From assembly GCA_001931535.1 (NCBI GenBank), contig CP016211.1, positions 4,247,573 through 4,311,572 of the forward strand: 64,000 nt of DNA, given 5' to 3'. Shown here in pieces: positions 17,172 to 26,148 of this stretch. The stretch's first letter is position 1. Every line of letters starts with the position of its first letter. The position numbers and the translations under genes are program-made. The DNA comes from Minicystis rosea. Its GTDB lineage: Bacteria; Myxococcota_A; Polyangia; Polyangiales; Polyangiaceae. Below the pieces are notes generated by a model. That model was not told the origin of the DNA. It did no database searches and saw nothing but the letters and a program-made list of their open reading frames with translations.

Positions 17172-19490
17172 TCAGTTGAGGTCGATCGGATCGCCGATGA
17201 CCTGAACCTTGCCGCCTTGGAGCAGGGCGTCGGCTTCGGCCTTCACGGAGACCGCCTTCCCATCCACCTTCACCGAGTCCTTGCCCTTGACGATGATCTC
17301 GGTGCCTTCGAGCGTGATCTTCCCCGAGCTCTCCATCACGATCTTGGCCTTACCGCACTTGATCTCGATCTTCTTCCCGGCTTTGACGCTCTTCACGAGC
17401 CCGACCATCTCGTTGCTCATGAGGCCGACGGTCGTGCTCATGGCGCCGCCGACGGTCACCGAGTACATGCCGCCGACGGTCAGCGATTTGGCGAGGCCTA
17501 CCTTTTCGCTCGAGGCCTTTCCAACCGACTCGCTCTTCTGACCGCCGATCTTCACGCGCTGGCTCTTGCCGACCTTGACGCTCTCGTTCACGCCGACGAC
17601 GCGCGTGCGGCTCTTCCCCACCGTCTCGCGCTCGCTCCCCTTCACCTGCTTCACGCGGTCTTTGCCGATGGAGATCTCTTCGTCGTTCGCCACCACCTTT
17701 TGGCGATCGTGACCGATGACGACGGACTCGTCGTTCTTCACGAGCTTCTTCCGGTCGTGCTCGATGGTGATGGCCTCGTCGTTCTGGACGAGCTTCTGCC
17801 GATCGTGCGCGATGACGATGGTCTCGTCGTGGTTCACGATCCGCGTGCGATCGTGCTCGATCGTGATCTTCTCGTCGTGCTCGACCTTCTCCGTCCGGTC
17901 GTGGCCGATGGTGATGGTCTCGTCGTGCTTCACGAGCTTGTCGAGATCCTTCTCGGCTTGGATGTAGATCTGCTCGCGCCCCTTCGCGTCCTCCAAACGG
18001 ATCTCGTTGAAGCCGCCGCCGCCCGGGGAGGATTGGGTCTTCCACCCGCTCTGCGTCTTGTTGGCCGGCAAGGCGTAAGGCACGCGCTGCGTGGCCGTGT
18101 AGACACGGCCGGTGATCACGGGCCGATCCGGATCGCCGCCGAGGAAGTCGACGAGGACCTCCTGTCCGATGCGCGGCACGTTGATCATGCCGAAGCCGCC
18201 CCCGCTCCACGGGTGGCTCACGTGGATCCAACAAGAGCTGTTGTCATCCATCCGGCTCTCGCGATCCCAGTGGAAGTGCACGCGCACGCGCCCGAGCTCG
18301 TCGGTGTGGATCTCTTCGCCGGCGGGGCCGACCACCGTGGCGCTCTCCACACCGGAGATCTTCGGCCGCGGCGTCACGAGCGGCGGGCGGAAGGGCTGAT
18401 CCGTGCGGCGCGCCTCGCAACGATGGGTCCAGGCGCCGTCGTGCGTCCCGCGATGCGACGACTCGACCACGAGCACGGGCTTGCCTTTGCCGAGCTCGGC
18501 GCGCGGATGATCGAGGATGTCGAGCACCACCCCGGGGGCGAGATCGATGGCGTTGGTGTCGAACGAGCACACGCGCGCGCCGGCCCGCTTCGCTTCGAGG
18601 CGCTTCTTCGCGACGGACGCGCCCTCGCGCTCGTCGGTGCGCGTGCGGCCCTTGTCGTCGCCGAAGGGCGCGTCCCCCGCGGGCTCGGCGCCGAAGCTGA
18701 ACGCGCCGGGCACGTAGTGGAACCGCTCGAGCTTCGACTCCAGCCCGGCCTCCGGCGCGGAGGCCGCGGCGAGAAGCGCGTAGCCCGCGGGCAGGCGCGG
18801 GTCGTGATCGCGCACCGTGTAGCGGCCCGGGCGCACGCGTTGCCCGACGCGCACCTCGGTGACGTACTCGCGCGCGACGGCGCGGGTGGGTTTGTCTTCG
18901 AAGTGGAGGGACGGCCGAGCCTCGCCGGATTGCGGCGCGTCCGAGAGCACGAGGCGCGTCTCGGAGTCGCCCTGCTCGAAGAAGAACGAGATGCCCGCCT
19001 CCTCCAGCATCCGCGAGACGAAGGCGAAATCGGACTCGGCATATTGCACGCGATACTCGCGCTTCTTGTAGGTGCCCGAGATGCGGAGCTCGGGATCGAC
19101 GCCCCATTCCCGCAGAATCTTGCGCGCGATGTCGAGCTCGGAGAGCTGCTGGAACATGCGGTGATTGCGCCGCTGCGTGCTGAGCCAGAGGGCTGGGACG
19201 ATGTGAAGCTGATACGTCGAGAGGCCGGCCTCGGAGACCGCGACCTGCTGGATGTCCTTGCAGATCCCCGTCCAGAACCGGGTCGAGGAGAGCGCCGCCG
19301 TGCCGCCGTGCATGAGGAAGCTCGCCGGCCGGCCCACCACCGCATCGAAGTCGATGTTGGCCTGATCGGAGACCGCGACGATGACGATCTCGAAGAGCGC
19401 CGACATGCGCTCCTCCACCGCGAAGCTCCGGACGTCGAGCGCGTCACCGGAGTCGACGCGGACCACGAGGTTGCGCAGAGCGGCTGTCAT
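17172..19490 (-). CDS. vgrG: VgrG, the type VI secretion spike protein (Phage_GPD plus gp5-like C-terminal beta-helix repeats).
   Basis: The N-terminus MTAALRNLVVRVDSGDALDVRSFAVEERMSALFEIVIVAVSD is typical of VgrG. Also present are QLHIVPALWLSTQ..., the central GPD region and WIHVSHPWSGGGFGMINVPRIGQEV. A C-terminal array of 16-aa repeats (HDRTEKVEHDEKITIE, HDRTRIVNHDETIVIA, and so on) is encoded by DNA repeats at about 17600-17960. The start was chosen at the internal Met 19490 (the track start is 19607). Confidence 0.85.
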   Translation of the reverse strand: MTAALRNLVVRVDSGDALDVRSFAVEERMSALFEIVIVAVSDQANIDFDAVVGRPASFLMHGGTAALSSTRFWTGICKDIQQVAVSEAGLSTYQLHIVPALWLSTQRRNHRMFQQLSELDIARKILREWGVDPELRISGTYKKREYRVQYAESDFAFVSRMLEEAGISFFFEQGDSETRLVLSDAPQSGEARPSLHFEDKPTRAVAREYVTEVRVGQRVRPGRYTVRDHDPRLPAGYALLAAASAPEAGLESKLERFHYVPGAFSFGAEPAGDAPFGDDKGRTRTDEREGASVAKKRLEAKRAGARVCSFDTNAIDLAPGVVLDILDHPRAELGKGKPVLVVESSHRGTHDGAWTHRCEARRTDQPFRPPLVTPRPKISGVESATVVGPAGEEIHTDELGRVRVHFHWDRESRMDDNSSCWIHVSHPWSGGGFGMINVPRIGQEVLVDFLGGDPDRPVITGRVYTATQRVPYALPANKTQSGWKTQSSPGGGGFNEIRLEDAKGREQIYIQAEKDLDKLVKHDETITIGHDRTEKVEHDEKITIEHDRTRIVNHDETIVIAHDRQKLVQNDEAITIEHDRKKLVKNDESVVIGHDRQKVVANDEEISIGKDRVKQVKGSERETVGKSRTRVVGVNESVKVGKSQRVKIGGQKSESVGKASSEKVGLAKSLTVGGMYSVTVGGAMSTTVGLMSNEMVGLVKSVKAGKKIEIKCGKAKIVMESSGKITLEGTEIIVKGKDSVKVDGKAVSVKAEADALLQGGKVQVIGDPIDLN

Positions 19491-19642
19491 CTCCGCACCC
19501 CTGCTCGAGAACGAGGCAGCGTTCATCATTCCTCCCAAGGTGGGCCAAGCGACGAAGGGTGAAAGGGAGCTAACACGCTTCCCGGCGTCGCGAAAGCGCT
19601 GTCGCACGCGACGCCGTCACCCGCCCGTGATCACACTGCCTC

Positions 19643-20548
19643 CTACGCGCCGGCGAGGATGCGATCGCGCTGCTTCCGGTAGTCGACCTCGGCACCGATG
19701 GTGATTTGCGCCGCGGGAACGCGCGCACGGCTCACGAGACAACGCGAAGCGCCTCCCGCCTTCTCGCACAGCTCACGCATCGGAAGGAGGGTGACGCCGA
19801 GCCCCCAAGAGCGCATGAGATCCACGATGCGCAGAGGTGTGAGATGCGGCGCCAACACGTCGCGACCGACCGGCAGGCCGTTGGTCGCATAGAGCCTGAT
19901 CTCGTCGACGCTCACGGGCACGAGCGCGTCCGCGCCGAAGGCCCGCTCGAGCTGGGCCACGCCGTCGCCCGCGATCACCTCGGGGCACACCAGGATCTTG
20001 CCCACCGTTTCGAGCGGGAGCGCGGCCATGTTGCCGTGAAAGGCCGGTTGCTTGCACTCGAGGACGATCGCGTCGGCCGGGAACCAGGGTCGCACGGCGT
20101 CGAGCCCGGCGCGATCGGTGCGCCCGCCGAAGAACAGCAGCGTGCGCCCGCGCAGCTCGGCGACGTCGCCCTGCGCCTCCCAGAGGCCCGCGGGCAGATC
20201 GATGGGCCGGAGGCCGAGCGACGCGACGACGGGGCGCCACAGGTCGCGCTCGCGCACGCGATGAGGCGCGAACATGTTGGGCAGGAGGAACACGAGCTCG
20301 CCGTCGCGCTCGACCACCTGCCCGCATTCGGCCGCGTATGGCAGGCCGGTGAGCTCGGTGTCGGGCGGCGGGACGAGACACACCACGCGCCCTCCGCGCG
20401 CCTCGATGGCATCGGCGAGCCCAACCCACTCGCGGATCGCCGCGCGCGCATCGACGGGCGCGGCCGCCTCGCTGCGGAAATTGGCCCGGCCGCGAAGCCG
20501 CCACGTCGGCGCCGGCGGCGACATCAGGTAGAGATCGATCGCGTCCAT
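19643..20548 (-). CDS. Amidinotransferase-superfamily protein (DDAH/arginine-deiminase-like pentein fold).
   Basis: From the internal Met, MDAIDLYLMSPP... runs about 301 aa. A C-terminal GGASRCLVS matches the GGxxxC(M/L)(S/T) catalytic-Cys motif of this fold. The gene lies 36 nt upstream of vgrG on the same strand. The first 107 codons of the track ORF are low-complexity. Confidence 0.55.
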   Translation of the reverse strand: MDAIDLYLMSPPAPTWRLRGRANFRSEAAAPVDARAAIREWVGLADAIEARGGRVVCLVPPPDTELTGLPYAAECGQVVERDGELVFLLPNMFAPHRVRERDLWRPVVASLGLRPIDLPAGLWEAQGDVAELRGRTLLFFGGRTDRAGLDAVRPWFPADAIVLECKQPAFHGNMAALPLETVGKILVCPEVIAGDGVAQLERAFGADALVPVSVDEIRLYATNGLPVGRDVLAPHLTPLRIVDLMRSWGLGVTLLPMRELCEKAGGASRCLVSRARVPAAQITIGAEVDYRKQRDRILAGA

Positions 20549-21011
20549 GCCCGGACCATGCAACGACACCCGGCCCGCGCCAAGGCATGCCCGTACCGAA
20601 GAGGCGAGGCCGGCGCTCGTGCCGACGCAGCCGACACGACGATGCGCGACAATCACCCGTTGAATCAGGCAACTCGCAACGTCTCGTTCGTGCCCGGCCG
20701 CTCGCTCGGACCACAGCGCCGGCGGCGCGCGCTTGCACGCGCCCGCGTGCCCGGCAGATACGATATCTCCAACGACGCTGTCGACACCCGCGTCGGAGCA
20801 ACCCTGCTTCGACGAGGATCGACAGGACGACAACCAGATATCGAATCGGCCATCCGCCAACGCGAGCACCGAGATCCACGTCTCGAAATGGCGCGAGCCG
20901 GAGCAGCAACGCTACCCCGGCATCGCTCACGCTTGCTCGTAGAGCCTTGCACGTTGCCAAAAGACTTCTTCGCGCTCCGAATCGCCGGTCGCGACGTCTT
21001 TCAGTAGCTTG

Positions 21012-22160
21012 CTAGATCGTCAGCTCGTTCTCGATCTTGGAGAGCTGGTGGCGCGCCAAACCGAGGTTGCCGCGCTTGCGGTCGATGACGACGTAGAAGA
21101 AGAGCGACGTCCCGCCTTTTCGGAGCGGCCGGATGATGTGGTATTGCTTGCCCAGCGTGATCAGGAAGTCCTCGATGATGTCATCGAGCTTGAGCGCCTC
21201 GGCGACACGCATCTTGGCCCGGACGACCTCGGTGTTGCCCGCGGCGGCGACTTCGAGATCGAGGTTGGCACCGCCGCCCGCCGTGCCGAGCGTCATGCCG
21301 CTCTGCCAGTCCACGAGCGCGGCTCCGAGCGCGCCCTCGATCTCCATCGATGCCCGGAGGCTCTGCTGAATGGTCGCCATGTCGAACTCCTGTTGTCTCT
21401 TGTGGGCCTTGGTTGCTTCCTGAGCGGGGAGCAGCTCGATGTCCGCTTCCACGCCCAACATCTCCCAGTGCGCCGGCGAAGCCGCCGCGCTCTCCTCATC
21501 CCGGTACCGCGCCGATTCGAGCAAAAGGAACGAGAGTGGTTGGGTGATCGTCACCCGCTCCACCGGCACGGTGCCCAACACTTCGAGCGAAGTGTCGGGC
21601 AGGGAAAAGATCTCCATCGCTGCGGCGTCGCCCTGCGCTTCCACGGTGCGCGCGTCGATCAACGCTCCCTTCTCGAAGATGAGCGTCCCCGAGCCCGCGG
21701 TCGACGTGACGCGCAGCGCGCAACTCTGCTGCTCGACCTGAAGGAGCTGCACGAACCCCGCGATGGTCACCCCGCTCACGCGGGAGCGCGGGAGCTGGAG
21801 CATGCGCTCCACCGTTTGATGGAGCATGCCGAGGTCGATTGGCTTGTCGAGGCACGCGAGCGCGCCCAGCTCGCCCAGCGAGACGCGTGTCTCGTCGGTC
21901 GCGTGGGCCGAGACCACGATGACCTGCACGGGTAAGCGATGCGCGGCCACGTGCGCGACCAGATCGAGGCCGCTCCGCCCGGGCATTTGGAGATCGGTGA
22001 CGAGGACGTCGATGACCTCCCGCCCCAAGATCTCGAGCGCCTCGGTGCCCGTCGCCGCATCGAGGATTCGCACGCTCTTGAAGCGGGCGCGCAGACTGTC
22101 GACCGCGCTGGTCCGAAAGAGCGATTCGTCGTCGGCTACGAGGATGGTCCTGAGGGCCAT
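21012..22160 (-). CDS. Response regulator receiver plus DUF4388 plus a roadblock/LC7 (MglB-like) domain protein.
   Basis: The REC domain reads ILVADDE...DVLVTDLQMPGRSG...VIVVSAH. The DUF4388 segment reads GFVQLLQVEQQSCALRVTSTAGSGTLIFEKGALIDA. The roadblock-like C-terminus reads AAGNTEVVRAKMRVAEALKLDDIIEDFLITLGKQYHIIRP. Confidence 0.75.
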   Translation of the reverse strand: MALRTILVADDESLFRTSAVDSLRARFKSVRILDAATGTEALEILGREVIDVLVTDLQMPGRSGLDLVAHVAAHRLPVQVIVVSAHATDETRVSLGELGALACLDKPIDLGMLHQTVERMLQLPRSRVSGVTIAGFVQLLQVEQQSCALRVTSTAGSGTLIFEKGALIDARTVEAQGDAAAMEIFSLPDTSLEVLGTVPVERVTITQPLSFLLLESARYRDEESAAASPAHWEMLGVEADIELLPAQEATKAHKRQQEFDMATIQQSLRASMEIEGALGAALVDWQSGMTLGTAGGGANLDLEVAAAGNTEVVRAKMRVAEALKLDDIIEDFLITLGKQYHIIRPLRKGGTSLFFYVVIDRKRGNLGLARHQLSKIENELTI

Positions 22161-22233
22161 GCCGACGCCTCGAGCATGCGTCGTGCCGATCCGAGATCGC
22201 CTGAAATTCAGAGCCGCGCGGAGGCGCGCCGGA

Positions 22234-23646
22234 TCAAAGTGATCGCTCCGACGGATCGATTTGGTCGCTTACCACTCCATACTCGCGCAGCTTGCGCCGG
22301 AGGGTCGCGACGGAGACGCCGAGCGCGCGCGCCGCATGGGCGCGGTTGCCGCGCGAGCTTTCGAGCGCGGCGAGCACGTGCCGGCGCTCCAGCTCCGCGA
22401 GCGGGACGATCCCATCGTCACCGCGCGGCGGCGGGACCCGAGCGGTGTCCGTCCGCACGAGCGCGCCGTCGTCGATCGGCGGGGCCGATTCGGGAGCGCG
22501 ACGCGCGAGCAGCACCGAGGGCCGCAGAGGGCCCGGCCCCTGCAACACGAGGGCACGCTCCAGCACGTTGCGCAGCTCGCGCGTGTTGCCCGGCCAATCA
22601 TGGGCGGCGAGCGCGGCCAGCTCACCGTCCGCGAGCGTCGCGCCGCGCCCGCCGGTGAGCTGATCGAGCAAGTGCGCGCACAGCTCGGGCAGCTCCTCGA
22701 TGCGATGGCGGAGCGGCGGAAGATCGAGGCGCACGACGTTGAGGCGATAATAGAGATCGGCCCGCAGCGAGCCGCGCGTCACCGCCGTCTCCACATCCGC
22801 GTTGGTCGCCGCGATGATGCGAACCTCCACACGTCGCGGACGCGCGCCGCCCACGCGCCGCACCCAGCCCTCTTCGAGCGCCGTGAGCAGCTTGGCTTGG
22901 ATGGGCGCGTCGAGCTCGCCCACCTCGTCGAGGAAGAGCGTGCCTCCATCGGCCAGCTCGAAGAGCCCCTCGCGCGTCTGGCACGCGCCGGTGAACGAGC
23001 CGCGCTCCGATCCGAAGAGCTCGCTCTCCACGAGCCCCACCGGCAACGCGGCGCAGTTCACGTGCACGAACGGCCGCGAGGGCGATCCTTCCGCGTGAAT
23101 CGTCCGCGCGATCAGCGTCTTGCCCGTGCCCGTCTCACCGGTGATCAAGACCGGCGCGCGCACGTGCGCCGCGCGCGTGATCGTCTCGCGCAGCACGGCG
23201 GTCGCCGTGCTCCCGCCCAAGACGATGTCGCGACGCTCTGCGCTCCTGCGATGCTCGTCGGTGCCTTCACTCGAGATGGGCTCGAATTGGCGGAGCCCCC
23301 GGCGCACGGCCGCAGTGAGGACCGCGAGATCGACCGGCTTGGACAGGTAATCGAAGAGCCCGAGGCGGAGCGCCGCCACCGCGTTGTCGAGCTCCGGAAA
23401 GCCGGTGCACAGAATCACCTTCACCCGCGGATGCGCGCGAATCAGCTCGGGCACCAGCGACAGCCCGTCACCACCTTCGATGCGATTGTCGATGACGACG
23501 ACGGGGAACCCTTCGGTGGCGCGCGCCCGCGCTTCGTGGGCCGAGTGGGCCGGGACGACCGTGATGCCCTCGACGGCCAGCGCATCGACGAGCGCATCGC
23601 AGAAGAGGTCGTCGTCGTCGACGACGAGGATGCGGCGCGCGCTCAC
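22234..23646 (-). CDS. Sigma-54-dependent response regulator (NtrC family; REC, AAA+ sigma54-interaction and Fis HTH domains).
   Basis: The REC domain reads ILVVDDDDLF...VVVIDNRIEGGDG. The Walker A reads GETGTGKTLIA. The ESELFGSERGSFTGA (GAFTGA-like) loop is present. The C-terminal HTH reads RAHAARALGVSVATLRRKL. A 4-nt overlap with the upstream kinase indicates an operon. Confidence 0.9.
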   Translation of the reverse strand: MSARRILVVDDDDLFCDALVDALAVEGITVVPAHSAHEARARATEGFPVVVIDNRIEGGDGLSLVPELIRAHPRVKVILCTGFPELDNAVAALRLGLFDYLSKPVDLAVLTAAVRRGLRQFEPISSEGTDEHRRSAERRDIVLGGSTATAVLRETITRAAHVRAPVLITGETGTGKTLIARTIHAEGSPSRPFVHVNCAALPVGLVESELFGSERGSFTGACQTREGLFELADGGTLFLDEVGELDAPIQAKLLTALEEGWVRRVGGARPRRVEVRIIAATNADVETAVTRGSLRADLYYRLNVVRLDLPPLRHRIEELPELCAHLLDQLTGGRGATLADGELAALAAHDWPGNTRELRNVLERALVLQGPGPLRPSVLLARRAPESAPPIDDGALVRTDTARVPPPRGDDGIVPLAELERRHVLAALESSRGNRAHAARALGVSVATLRRKLREYGVVSDQIDPSERSL

Positions 23647-25217
23647 GGCGCCCCTCGCAGCGGCGGCGGCCGCACCGTCACCGGCGCTCTCTGCATGCTG
23701 CCGTCCGCGATCTCGGCGTCCAGCGAGACGACGAAGGCCGTCTCGCTGGCGCTCGTGGGATCGAGCTCGATGGTGCCGCGCATCATCGTCACGAGCTTGC
23801 GCGTGATGGCGAGCCCGAGCCCCGTCCCCTTGGTCTTCGTGGTGTGGAACGGCTTGAAGATGTGGACGCGTCGATCGGGCGGGATGCCTGGACCATTGTC
23901 GGCGATGGTGAGGAACACGTGCGTTCCGCGGCGCCGTGCGCTGATCCGGAGGCGCGGCGCCGGCCTCCCCGTGAGCGCGTCGAGCGCGTTGGTCACGAGG
24001 TTCAAGAGCACCTGATGGAGCGCCCGCGCGTCGGCGATCATCGCCCCCGTCCCCTCGTCGATCTGCACGACGAGCCGCACGCCGCGGCGCTCCACGTCAC
24101 GCTGGATGATGGTCGCGAGGCGCGTCAGGAACGGGCCGACGGGGATGGGCTCGAGCACCTGCCGCTGCGTGGCGTTGAAGCTCTGCATCGACCGGAGCAG
24201 ATACTCGACGCGCCCCACCTCCTGGAGCACGCGATCGAGGTAGTCCTCGACGCGCTCCGCGGGCAAGGTCCACAGGTTTTGCCGGAGGACGGTGAGCGCC
24301 GTCTTGATCGAGTTGATCGGATTGCCGAGCTCGTGCCGGAGCCCGGCGAAGACGTAGCCCACGTTCTCCACCAGGTTGGCCGCGTCGGCGATGTACTCGA
24401 GGCGTCGTTGGTGCGTGACGTCGCGCGCATCGACGATGAAGCGCAGCTCGGGCTCGAGGGTCGGGACGCGGGTGATGGAGACCGCGAGCCGGCGCGGCTC
24501 TCCGCGACGCCCGCTGGCCTCGTACTCGCCGTGCCACTCGTGGTCCGTGGAGAGGGCCGCGATGATCTCGCGGTACACGCGGAGCCGGCGCGGCGTGAGC
24601 CCCGTCGCCCGCGCCTCCTGCCCCAAGAGCTCGTCGAGCGGCGCGCCCACCATGGCCGCGCACGCGGGGTTCGCATGCAATACCCGGCCGAGCTCGTCGA
24701 GGATGAGGATGGCGTCCGCCGTGTGCTCGAACGCCGCGAGGAAGAGCAGGCTCGTCACCTCGCGGTTGCGCTCCTCGGTCGCGTCGCGCTGCACGTCGAC
24801 GAAGTGCGAGAGCCGTCCCGCGCGATCGCGCACGGGGACGACGTACCAAGACATCATGAACTCGCTGCCGTCGCGGCGATAATGAATGGCCTCGGCGCGC
24901 CCCTCACGCCCCTCGCGGAGATCTCGTTTGAGGGACTCGAGCACCGCGAGGCTCGTCTTCGGCCCGCGCAGGACCTCCGATGTCCGGCCGACGACCTCCT
25001 CCGGCGCGTAGCCGGTGAGCCGCGTAAAAGCCTCGTTGACGTACAGGATGCTGGGCCCGGGCTCGAGATCGGCGGTCGTGATGCAGATCGAATCGTGCAT
25101 CGTCGCCGCGACCGCGGCCAACGTCGCGAGATCCAGCCTGGGCGCCACGCAGGGCGTCTCCGGAGGTATGGACAATGGCAGATCCTGACTTCCGATCGAG
25201 TAGACCATAGTCACCAA
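23643..25217 (-). CDS. Cytoplasmic PAS-domain sensor histidine kinase, partner of the NtrC-family regulator.
   Basis: PAS repeats are present (ICITTADLEPGPSILYVNEAF...). The H-box reads AGLRHELGNPINSI. The N-box reads LLNLVTNALDA. The G-boxes read DNGPGIP and GTGLGLAI. Confidence 0.85.
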   Translation of the reverse strand: MVTMVYSIGSQDLPLSIPPETPCVAPRLDLATLAAVAATMHDSICITTADLEPGPSILYVNEAFTRLTGYAPEEVVGRTSEVLRGPKTSLAVLESLKRDLREGREGRAEAIHYRRDGSEFMMSWYVVPVRDRAGRLSHFVDVQRDATEERNREVTSLLFLAAFEHTADAILILDELGRVLHANPACAAMVGAPLDELLGQEARATGLTPRRLRVYREIIAALSTDHEWHGEYEASGRRGEPRRLAVSITRVPTLEPELRFIVDARDVTHQRRLEYIADAANLVENVGYVFAGLRHELGNPINSIKTALTVLRQNLWTLPAERVEDYLDRVLQEVGRVEYLLRSMQSFNATQRQVLEPIPVGPFLTRLATIIQRDVERRGVRLVVQIDEGTGAMIADARALHQVLLNLVTNALDALTGRPAPRLRISARRRGTHVFLTIADNGPGIPPDRRVHIFKPFHTTKTKGTGLGLAITRKLVTMMRGTIELDPTSASETAFVVSLDAEIADGSMQRAPVTVRPPPLRGAP

Positions 25218-26148
25218 CCCATCACGTTAGGCCCACGACGCACCGCAACGTCACCTCACCCGAAGCGCCACGGGTGAGGCCCCGCCCACACCAACTGCGC
25301 AAGGCATGGTCCGGCGCGCAACCGCTGCTGCGAAATCCCTTCGGAATAGCGCGGGAGCGCGGGAAGAGCAGAAGCTCCGCGTCCCCAACGCGTGAGCGCA
25401 GCTCGCCACCGAGCCATCGCATGACACCCCTTCCCTATTTCAACACACGATACAGCATCATCCCTCACGGGTGGAGTCCCTAAGCGCGCCGTGACGCGCC
25501 ATGACGTTTCATCGATATCCGGTAGGTGCCCAACGCATTTGCAGGACACATCACCTATGTGTGCTCGGATGTCGCACGAGCCTCGGGATACGGTGTTCCC
25601 CTCATCAATCGCACCTCCCGTGTCGTCGAGCCGAGCCCGCACGAACGTCCTCAGCCGATGTCATCCCCCATCCGTCGACACCGTTCAAGCGACTTCAGAG
25701 TGCCGATCTTCAGACTGTTGGACGGCTTACCCACAACACGCGCTGAGGGTGACATTGCATGCCCCCACCGCAATCGAAGTCACGATGCGACACCAACACC
25801 GAGGCTCGTGCCTGTGCCCGACATCCCTCGTCGAAGACGCCAATCGGTAAGCGCAGCGACCATGGAACGTCTCGATGGTAACGCGCGCTGCACGCATGTC
25901 TGAACATCGACGATGCACCCGATAAGAGCGCTCTCCGATCCACCACGGACACCACAGCGCTCGAGCCCGATGACACGTGTTCGGGCTCGCACGTCGGGCA
26001 GGCTCGAAGCGCGTCTTCGGCAATGGCACGATGGGCGTCATCGAAGGTGACCTCCCATCTCCTCAGGTCTATTCCAAAACACTTTCTTTCGGCGCCACCA
26101 TCGCTCGGGCGTCGATAGGAAGCGCCGGCGCGCCTCGTGTGTCGGGTG

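Noticed and set aside
19773-21007. ORFs 19773..20960 (-), 19706..21007 (+) and the first 107 codons of 19643..20869 (-).
   Set aside because: They are Arg-rich with no domains. Only the frame from Met 20548 gives a pentein-fold-like protein with a GGASRC motif.
22261-24015. A 584-aa plus-strand ORF, plus the ORF at 23844..25277.
   Set aside because: They are antisense to the NtrC-family EBP and the PAS histidine kinase, both with unambiguous motifs.
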